Assembly: GCA_000708835.1 (NCBI GenBank)
Contig: DF237180.1
Location: 62,001 to 126,000 of the forward strand
Length of the DNA stretch: 64,000 nucleotides
Source: Klebsormidium nitens
Lineage: Eukaryota; Plantae; Klebsormidiophyceae
Reading direction: 5' to 3'
Shown here piece after piece: positions 48,831-59,400 of this stretch (position 1 is the first letter of the stretch; every line of letters begins with the position of its first letter). Below the pieces are notes generated by a model that was not told where the DNA came from, searched no databases, and was given only the letters and a program-made list of their open reading frames with translations. Made by a program: the position numbers and the translations under genes.

Positions 48831-51800
48831 ATGGAGCCCTCCGACATCACTTCGTTTCTGCAGGCTGCTCTTGCCCCAGATGAGATCGTTAAGTTCCTGT
48901 TTAGGGCGTGGCTGATCATTGTGGGCCTGTTCTGGAACACATGGGCAGTGCTGGCGCAGAGGTAAGACTTCATTTTCCTCTTTTGAAGCTTTCAGTTTGT
49001 TCTTCTCTTGCATGCATGCACCTTGATTGAGGTTCAGTCGGTTATCAGGGGTTGCTCTAAGATAGACTAACCGCTGCATCAGAGAAAGAAGATCATTTCA
49101 ATGCTTGGCGTAAGTTTCATGCACAGAAGTACTGGGGCAGGAGATGCTATTAGAGAACTGCTGATAGTGTCTGGTGCAAGAGATGCTACGAGAACACCGT
49201 TGATAGACTTTGGTGCAACATTCAGGTTGAGCTGCAGTTGCTGGCCAAGAATCATTTATCGCAGTCTATGATTTAAGCCAGTGCCCTCGTCAGCATTGCA
49301 ACTTTTGTAAGTTATGCCTTGCTTGCATGCATCACATGCACTCAGTCTGGTGGTCAAGCGGTGTTTGCGTCTTTAATGCATGGAAGGGAAAATAAGAGTT
49401 CTTAGCTGACCCTTAGCACGTGCTCTCGTTCGAGCTGTGAAATTTCCCTGGCAGTCGCCTTACCGTCAAGTGATGGGATTTGAGAGGTTTGACCTTCCAT
49501 ATGGTGATGCTGTTAGCTGTGCCCTTTGCAGCCAGAAGATCTTTCAGAAGCAGTAAATGCTCATTGTCATCTAAGTGATGAGAAGTAAAGCTGACAAGCA
49601 TATCAACGCCAGACCCATCAATCTGTTGGAGTTCGGCTTACTACAGCTGACCCTGATACTCTGGACCCTTTTATTTGCCAGGTTATTCAGCACAGTAGCA
49701 GGATTTTTCTGACAATCCAACAACAGTTGTGACCCCTTCGAATCTACGAAATGACCAGTTTGTATTCATCCGCCTCTTTTTCACCAGGTGGCAGACCCGG
49801 CGCTGGAAGCAGACCCCTGATGCCGTCCACCCGTACTTCACCCGTGGCCGCAACTTCATTGTCACTGGCCCCACGAGCGGCATCGGGAAAGAGACCGCAA
49901 AGGAGCTGGCCCTGTGCGGGGCAAACGTGGTCCTGGCGTGCCGGGATGTGTCGGCGGGGCAGAAGGTGCTGAGCGAGATCAAAAAGGAAGGGAAGAAGCA
50001 CAAGGTGGAGGTGAATGTGGAGGTGAGGCAGAGGACGGGGAGGACTTTTCATAGTTCCTGGTTCTAAGTGGTGACAGTCAAGTTTGCATGTATCAAGTCT
50101 ATTCTATATCGATTGGGGCTGTGAGTGAGCCGTTCTTCCAAGCATTCAAGGACGCCTGCCTCTGCTTGATGGTTGGACAATATTCTTGCCGCTTTCGCGC
50201 ACCCTAAGAACCCATGATTATGATGCCCTGTATGCAAATGCATTCATTCAGAGCCTCTTACTTGGCGTCCCAAACAAAGAAGCCTCAAACTAGAAAAGCA
50301 GATTGTCTTTTCATCGACCCACTTTCCAGATCAAAGTGATAGGCTTCAGCTCAACTTCAACTTCCAAATTTGGATTCACTTTGGAGAAAGGACAGGTGCT
50401 TCAACGAAGTCTACAAGGCTGTCTTGATGGTGAATCTCAGTGAAGCTTCCTGGCAGAATCTTCTAGAACCTTCCAAGAGAAAAGAGCACGCTCTTTCGCA
50501 GGTGGTGCATCTGGACCTGCGCTCATTCATGTCAGTGCGTGCGTTCGCTCACGAGTGGGAGCAGCGGGGGCAGCCACTGCACTGCCTGATCAACAATGCA
50601 GGCGTCTTCATTCGTGGCCTCAACTGGGCGCCCATCACTGAGGAGGGCTTTGAGGAGCATTTCCAGGTGAGCTACTAGGCGTTGCCTAAATGAATGTCAA
50701 AACGTCCGGAGTGCTACTAACGATGATGCTGTGAATACGATTTGTGACTGAGTTGGATGAGGGAAGAGCCTGGTTGGGCCAAGCATATGAGAGTACACAA
50801 TGTACTGGGTCTCCCTTGAGCCAAGGCCTGGTTTAGCTACAGCCTTTCTGAAGTGTACCTCCTAGCGGCCTGGTCTTAATTGCTTCGATGATTCAATCAC
50901 AATAATTCTTCTGCATCCATCTTAGCAGTCAGCAATGGGTGTGACTACATTGGAAACGTGACTTGCACCTGTCCCTTTTCGAGTAGTTCTAGATCTAAGA
51001 TAGCTTGCCTGCCAACTTACTGCTCCCTTTTGTCGACTCCAGGTCAACTTCCTGGCCCCCGCCCTGCTGTCCCTGCTGTTGCTGCCGTCCCTCCTGCAGG
51101 GAGCTCCTTCTAGGATCGTCAACATCACCTCAGAGGTGAGATTTCAGGCACTTTCGTCGGGCTGAAGTTGTCCGGCCCGTCGCGTTTGGAGGACAAATAC
51201 TTGTTAACTTTTAATACTGACCGGTCCTCTTCGTCGGATGAAAAACTCTATTACAGATAATCATTGGCGGTCGGTTTCCGCGTAATGAAGGTCGAAGCTT
51301 GTCATGACCACTCCCCCGCAAAAACAGACTTTGTCCCCGCATGTGAAAGCCCGTTAATTTCAAAACACAAAGACTGAGACTAGCTGAATGAGGTTTCTTC
51401 TGCGGGAATGTCTCCATACATTTTCTGGTTTTTCCAAGCTAGATCATAAGCAGCTGTTCGTACAGTTGGTCGGCCGTACATCCTGAGGATCTGAGCGGTA
51501 GCCTCTTCTTTACGAGCCTTGGTACCAGATCAATCGGTACCGATCTGATTGCTGCGGACTCACTTATCAAATTGGGTGACTGACTTTGGTAACGTTAATG
51601 GAGCCCGTCTAGAACGTCACCATCCTTCCAATATATGACCATTGTTGGGTCGCTTCTGAGGGTCGGCGTGGCACAGCAAACTCGTCAAGTGACGATATGT
51701 GCCGTCAGAGTCGAGGCAGAGTGGAAACCGGCGGTCGCGACGCTCTGCGTCTTCTCTTTTTTCCTTTTGAAAGATTTCGAGCGCCAGCGCTTGTGAACGG

Positions 51801-54051
51801 AAACGGAAGAAGCGTGCGACTTTCTGAGTGACACAACCTGTGCCCTCGCAGAGCCGCCGGTTCTTGCGCAATTTCCGGCTGGAAGAAGGCCGTTAAAATT
51901 TTGCTATCATACCCGGTCCTCGATGTCGGACCTGTTGTCGCACCTGTGACTCTGCAGACCTCTTGGCTTGCAACACGGTCGGATTCCTTTGGCTCCATTC
52001 TGAGACCTCCCGGCACTCGTCGATGCCAACTGCAGAACCACCGGTCTATGGCTCTCTTTGGCTGCCAGTCGACCGCCAGCTTGTCGATGTATATCCCCAC
52101 TCAGAAATCTTTCCCCAACCCTCCATTTACCTCAAGACCCTTTCCTAACCGTCGATCCCGCTGCTCTGCAGGGCCACAAGCTCGTGACGACCGTCGATCT
52201 AGAGGGCATGCGGCGCGGCAAGGGCAAGCACTGGTACGCGTGGAGCATGTTTGGCGCCTACTGCCAGAGCAAGTTGGCATCTACCATCTTCAGCATCGAG
52301 CTGCACCGCCGGCTGCCGAGTACCGCCCATACGGAGGTGGTTGCCATGCACCCCGGCTTCTGCGGAACCGAAGGTAGGTTTTGGTCTACTGGGTTGAGAC
52401 GTCTTTGGTAACCGGACGGGGCGGAGAGAAAAGTTTTCCTTGTCCGGATTGCAAGTTGCGATTCTGAATGTTTGCCCTCTGCTCCATCCCAATGGAGCGG
52501 TAAACGAGGGTCATCTTGGAGGCAACAAGTCTGACTAGCGCCCGGGTCGTATCGCAGGTTTGGTATTGTTGCAAGCAGAAGCGGATCTTGCACGCAAAAT
52601 CGATTTCGCGAAAGCGTCGCCCTCTTGACTGTCAGATTGAGAGCTTTACAAAGCAGATGTCCTGACCGGAAGATAGGACTCCTCACAGATCGTTATTATC
52701 GTAATTCAATCTCAGCGATCCGCAACTTACCTGTGGGTAGTGCAATGGTTTCGAACGATTCACAGACCCTGCTGCTCCGTTCGAGGGTTTCGAAACAGCG
52801 CCCATTGATTCCGAGAAGTGATCTGAGAGACAAAGTCGCTTAACGTAATACTTTTCGTGCCAGGCATCCGCAACTTCCTGTGGGTGGTGCAATGGTTCTA
52901 CAAGGCGCTCGGCCCGCTGCTGGGCATCTTCCTGACGTGCAACGAGGGCGCGCGGGGCCCTCTTTTCGCGGCGACGAGCCCGGTCGTAGTCGCGCAAGCC
53001 AGGAGGCTGCGGGCGCTTCAGTCGCGGAAAGGGCCCTACTATAATGCGGGGGGGTATGCAGAGACCGTCGGCCCCCAGGCTCAGGTAAGGCACTTGTGCG
53101 CTTCGTCTTGTTGGCTCTTTGTTTCTGGTGAAGGAGAGTGTTAAGTGTTTCTGTTGTAGAGTATCCGATTTCTGGGGGCTTGTGATTTACATTGGCTTCT
53201 CCGGCAAACGGGGGTTGCTCCAAAGAACTGATATCGGACCCTGGTTAGGAGAACTCGGGTTCTGATGTGTGTTGAAATCAGAATGGATGGTGGACGGAGT
53301 TTGGTCCTAAATTTTCGAACTAGCTGTTTGTTTGGCTGATATAAAAACTTCTTAAATCATGAACGTTTTTGCGCTAAGCGTTGAGCATCAGCTTATACTC
53401 GGCGCCGGACCGCTTCGGCGACCCCAGAGCCAATATTAGATTTTTCCTTCCACGATCAGCCTTAGAATAAACGCGAGACTTCTACCAAGTCGGTAAGGTA
53501 TCAAAGTCTGGTCGAAGGATAAGCTGTCTATTTAGCCCCGCGCTCGAGAATGTCGTAAACTGGCGTCAAACTCGGGCCCTTCGGCCCGTAAAACTCAGTT
53601 TCTTTTTACGCAAAGCTTCAACGTTCGCTCGCATGTTGGATTGAACATACTTGTTCTTCCGTAGCTCTGCATTCTTTGTATTCAAGGAGTGGCACTCTTG
53701 AACGGCCTCGGATTAACGTCAGCTTATCTGCTACTTCATTTGGGTGAAGGTTATTCGACATTGAGCAATGGCTTACGTTATCGTGTCGCTTTCATTTCGC
53801 AGGACCCTCGCCTGGCTGCGGAGCTTTGGGACGAGACGATGCACATCCTCAATCTGCCCACCGACTATGTGGAGCGGAAAGTTTCCGCTCACCTGAAGAG
53901 CCGGCCGGAAACCGCAGGGAGGGAGGCGGAAATGATCGAAGCGGAAGCCATGAACGTCACCTTGCCGGAGGAGAATACGGGGTGGAGCAGGCTGGTCGGA
54001 TACGTTCCTCAATCCTGGTTCAAGTGGGTCAAGTGGGTGAAATGGTTGTAA
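48831..54051 (+). CDS. Short-chain dehydrogenase/reductase, FOREVER YOUNG (FEY)/retinol dehydrogenase-like, about 431 aa, 7 exons
   Basis: Exons 48831-48961, 49788-50022, 50502-50666, 51043-51135, 52172-52373, 52864-53084, 53803-54051; in phase (1296 nt). Motifs FIVTGPTSGIGKETAKEL, LHCLINNAG, FEEHFQ|VNFLAPALLSLLLLPSLLQGAPSRIVNITSE and YCQSK; ELWDETMHILNLPTDYVE resembles Arabidopsis FEY as recalled. Confidence 0.88.
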
Positions 54052-55488
54052 AGTGGGCAAAGCTTGTGTAATATTCTCAGTGCTTCTTGACTTAAGAGCT
54101 ATTGTAGGCTGAGGTCGTGGTAATCGACAAGAGGGGATATGCTGTCATTGATCGGACTTTGGTAGGCTAGTAGCTTCGCGCACGCGCAGTTTGACACAAG
54201 AAGAGGCTCGTAGAGCATATGACGCCATTGCATGTACGGCATGTATAGATTGCCATGCATATACGCACCTTTCTTTGCAATGTAATTTGAAAGCATCGAA
54301 GGTTTTCTTGAGGATTGAGCATTTGGATCAGGAATTGCTGTTTAAAGGGCAGTGATCAGTATATCAATTTACAAGTTAAGAGCACTATCGTTTGACCTGA
54401 ACGATAGTGCATCAATCTTGCCAGGTTGATGCAAACTATCTTGACCGGGACCCACTACAGTAGATCTGTAGACGTCTGACTGGACTGTGTGTTTTTTATA
54501 AATTTGATCGAGCCGCCACTTACCGGATTTGACATCAACGCTTCCCATTCCTTGCATGGGCCTGTCATAGTTTTTCTAAAAACTGGTTTGGAGGAAAAAA
54601 GAATACGTGCAGTGAAAATGGTTGTAGAAATGTCTACATTTTCTGAATGTATGAATCGATCGAACCTCTACTTTTAGGAGGATGTATAGCCTGCCAGGCA
54701 AACATGCGTTTCTTTCTCCTAAATTTCTTATCAGGATATGTCCGTGTTCTAGAGGCGCATCTAGGGGGTGGTCAGGCTTGCCGCCGTCGCCTGTCGCGCA
54801 TGGGACCCATTGCCATTGGAGCCTGGAGGCTGAAGAAGGCTTATACAGTAATGATCGGATCATCATACATAACCGAGGTCTGTCATACTGGAATCTGGAT
54901 TCTGAACATTCAACACTCCCATCCGACATATCTGCTTGCACCTTTTGCCATGACATGCATTATTCACATGCTCCGAGTTTAATGATTTCAATCAAGGTCC
55001 GGACTGCGGAAGATCAGGGCGAAAGCTGTCAGATCGTACGGTCGTCACCATGCAGCCTGCAGGTCTACCGTCTCCGTCGGAGTCCGGAGTCCGTCCAATC
55101 ATCAAATTGTCAGTCCGTACCATATCGAGATTCGGCGCCCCGAATTACGGGCTGCAAAATCGGGCCGGGATTGCTACCAGGCTTGCAGCCTGCAGGTCCG
55201 TCGCGACGCGTCGTCCAGAAATGTGGCGCAACTGCAACATCTGGCGAGCCTCATGGTGCTGCTGCCGCCAAGAGAGCAAAATGCAGGCCGCCGCAGGATC
55301 CATGAACTTGAAGCGGCATCCATGACGACGTACATACGTGAAGGACAGGAATGAAGTCAGCTTGGGATTGCGTTAAATAGGTACGTACTTCGACTCTTTT
55401 GAGTGGAGGCCCCTTGCTTAAGTGAACAGTAGCTTGTGCCAGCAACGTGCATGAGAGAATAGCATGGTAGCAGGGACGGTAGCAGATC

Positions 55489-55531
55489 TCGATCTGGACT
55501 TCTTCTCAATTCGATCTGGACTTCTTCTCAA
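55489..55531. repeat. Perfect 21-bp direct repeat separated by 1 nt
   Basis: TCGATCTGGACTTCTTCTCAA at 55489-55509 and 55511-55531. Confidence 0.85.
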
Positions 55532-56499
55532 GGCGCCAAAGTCAACAGGTAGCTCAACGATCTCAATGCTGCACCTAATTGAGTGTTGCTAACTCCAATC
55601 AGCAAGAAGGGATATGTGGCAGCCAGCTGGACTAGCAGACTGGACTCTTGTGAGACAAAGCAGCAAGTCATTGATGAGACCTATAGGGCTACAACAATTG
55701 GGGATGTATGACGATGATTGACGGCCAATTACATACTGGAGACCGACAAAGTTGACTCTGCTCAAACTTCTGTGCGCGGCTCAGATTACTATGCCTTACG
55801 CGCAGAGTCTACAAAGGAACCTGCGAGATTCCATGCTTATCTGAGAGTAGCGAGCTATTGAAATCAAGAGCCAGCAATTTTTTTTGGGCAATGAACGGAT
55901 CAAGCAATAAACAACCACCCCCTTTCAATTGATGCAGCTTTAAGTCATAACTAGCTGAGAATCTTGCTTGATGCATCAATCCAGGTGAATCCATCTGCAA
56001 GTGATGGATTACTACGGTACCGGTCTTGGATAGCAAAGAAGCTCTGAATTATTACAGATCGTTGTGGAAGGGTCCAAGGGAAGTGAGACGGTATGTTGGA
56101 CCTGGTGAGCTGCAAATCTTTTTACTCTTTTGTACTAGGAAGCGTTCGTCATGTATCTGATTCCCCTCGTCATCGTCATTGCCTGAATGGACCACATTTC
56201 GCTCCCTTATGATTGCATTCTCCAATCTGAAGGTGATTGCAAACCACTGGCAAAAGTAAACACCCAGATTGCAAGCTGGATGATTGCCACAGGAAGGACT
56301 CAGCTGCGGCAGTCTCAAATGATATTGGGCTTACGTCTGACCAAGTGCTGAACGTACTTAGTCTGGCACGACAAACGCATAGGAACTCTTTAAGCTGTCC
56401 CTTGTGCAATGTATTTGAAAATGGGTTGCAAAGTCCTCTGACCCTGAACTCAGCTCGTAAGCGCCGGTAGTGCCTTCTCCTTTGCAACAAACTGTGCTG

Positions 56500-59400
56500 A
56501 TGGTGTCAGTTGATGGTCACAGTCCTCCGCACTTGCAGGAGTCAGCATCTCTGGATCAGGACAGACTACGAAGGCCTGAGTATTATGCACTCCCGGCCAA
56601 AAACATGAGCATGGCGTCACCTGAACCCCTCATGGACCTCAATGGGGTGCCGTCAATGTTAGAGAAGGCCCTCTGCTTTCTGGAGACAAGAGGCGCGGTG
56701 GCGGAGGGAATCCTGAGGAAGTCGGCAGATGTTGAGCAAGTGGAGTACAGGCTATCCACATATTATCAAGGTGCGAGTCATACCCCTCATACACTAATGC
56801 ACTCTAGCTCTGTCGCCCTCTGAGTAATCTGGAGCCTGGTCCATAGAGGGCAAAGTTTTTCAGAGGCCCCTTGTCTGGTCCATCACTTCAATTGCATGCC
56901 ATGTAGCCAGACTGTGCTCTGCTATAACAAAAGTTGAGGAGGCTGGTACTTCAAAGGCCCTCATTGATTGCCGACCCTGCTTCTTCAAGAGAGTTTCGTG
57001 ACATTCTCCCTGCTTTTGTTTTCAATCCTGAGTGGTGGCTGCGCTCCGGGGACTGCACTCGCTGCTTTCAACGTTCAAATGAACGTGCTTGCGAAGCCCA
57101 AAGCGTATGGATTTTACTATCATACCTTCCTTCACTCATGTAGGGAAAGATGAATTTGGCGAGCGTGAAAACCCCCATGTGGTGGCGGACTGCATGAAAC
57201 ACCAGCTGCGGCGGATGGCCTTCTCGCCCGTGCCTGAAGAGTGCTGCACTGCGCTGCTCCAAGCCTACTGTAAGGTTTTACAGAAGTCACCCACTTCAGC
57301 TTTCTGTATCTGGTGGGTCTTTCAGGTTTTCGAATGTGCAGACTCCCGCCTTGGCAGTTTCTGAGGGGTGCTGCAACGCGCTGCTCCGAGCCTACTGTAA
57401 GGTCCAAAGGAGCTCGACCCTTTCTTGGTTTTTGGAACCCAGTGGGGTACATAGGAGTTTAAGGTCATCAGATCTCCCTCCTATCAGTGCGCAAGGAGTG
57501 CTGCAGACTGCTGCTCGGTGACTACTAGGTTATTGCAATGGACCCAGTTGCTAAGCAAACTTGTTCAGGGTTACTAAGTTCTTTGGTGGTCTAGGACTTT
57601 CGAATCTATGAAGCTGGTGGATTCTCCAAGATCCCGCTCTCCGAACTGCCTGAGCTCAGATGCGCGGTAAGACCGAGGGCCTTATGTATTGATCAACTCC
57701 ATTGAGCAGTTTCCACAGTGTTCAAATATCTGAAGGGTGAAGCTGGAGATAAATTAATTTCCTGTTGAGAATTTTGATCTGCCGTCCAACCCAACATTAA
57801 AATGTCAAAACATGCTTCCCAAAGTTTCTGATACTTACTGTGTTGTGACCGACATCTCACGGTGACTGCTAGTCGATGCATCTGACACTGGCTTGCCGCT
57901 CAAAAGAAGTTGGATCTGGTAGCCCTACATGCATCGATCCCACAGAAACCCCGTTGAAGAGTATCTCGAGATTTGATGCTTAAGGGAGCAGCGTCTTAGC
58001 ATCTTTGTCTGCTTGCTAGGGTGTAGGAATTCGCGTGCCGCGTCTGCAAAATCAAATGCGCACTACAGGTGTGAAGATGTTCAGAGATTTGATGGACGGC
58101 TCGTCGCTTGTTGATGCAGTTGCGTCGCCAGCTGGCACGGAGGCCGAGGCTCTGCACACAGCAGTGGTGGAGACATGCCCAGAGGAAAACAGGAGACTTA
58201 TGCACAGGCACGTGACCCCCCGCTCTTATTCTCCATGCTTTGCCTTCGATTGTTGGCTTGGATAATACTTTGCCGAAGGATGTGGTGCATTCGTTTCTAA
58301 AGGAAATTGAAACTGCTTGGAATAGGGAGAAGGTCGTGCTTTGTTGGCTGAGATGTTCCGCAAACCTTCAAAAGGCCAGCTGCAGATTTGTTTTCAGGGA
58401 GAGGCCATAGGGCACTTTTTTCCAAAAAGACTTTCCATTGCGACAAACGTACTGGAGTAGAACTGGGATCTGGCGGCTTTCTCCGAGCAGCGCTTGTTTC
58501 CGCGAATTGCGATGTCCTGGCAAAGACCCTCTGAATCGTAGACTGTCGGGTCGTGCTATTGGGAATCGTGTTGGAGATTTAAAGCGTACAGCTGCGGTTC
58601 CTCAGCTTGTTGGTCCACTTCAAGTAGAGAAGCAGCCCCGATTCCAAGGAAGGCGTGAATCATTCAGTGAAGGCGTTTGCGGTCACTTCTCAGATCCCGT
58701 CCAGTATCATCCGAAACTTCGAAATCAGTCCGGATGTCTAAGACACATAGACCAACTTTGAACCCGCATCGACATCCGTTTTGACTGTATGAACGCTGTG
58801 CACGCTGCATACGTCGGCCGATGACCTGGCTTTTCAGTCCGATGTTATCCGAGATCCTTTGATCCCCTGAAACTCTCCTTTAAAGTTCCAATCAATTTAT
58901 AAGAACCTCCAGATCGACCACACACACCCGTCACCCGTGTCCGGTTCCGCAGCGTCCAAGAGCAAGCTCACTGTGTAGACCCGACTGTCCAAACTGTCCG
59001 GTTTGCTGAAGCCGTCCACACCGTCCGCAGGATCCTGCACACCCTGCACGTGGTGTCGTGCCACGTGGCGGCCAACAGCATGTCCACGGACGCCGTCGCG
59101 CGGTGCATGGCGCCTCTCTTACTGCGGCCGCTGTTCCTGGGGGAGATCTTCCCGGGCGCGAACGAGAGCGGCTCCTTTTCCGGCAGCCGCCACGGCAGCA
59201 GCGGCTCCTTTTCCGGCAGCCGGCACGGCAGGAGCGGCTCGTTTTCCGGCAGCCGTCACGGCGAGGGCAGCGGCTCATTTTCCGGCAGCCGGCACGGGGA
59301 GAACAACATCGTGAGCGCCATGAGCGCGGCCAGCTCGGCGGTGGACCTGACGGTGGCGCTGATAAACGCGCACGACACCGTTTTCGAGGTAACGAATTAG

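Noticed and set aside
54576-55325. ORFs of 90-207 aa on both strands between the FEY-like and RhoGAP genes
   Set aside because: No recognisable domain or consistent splice structure; could be undetected 5' exons or decayed sequence.
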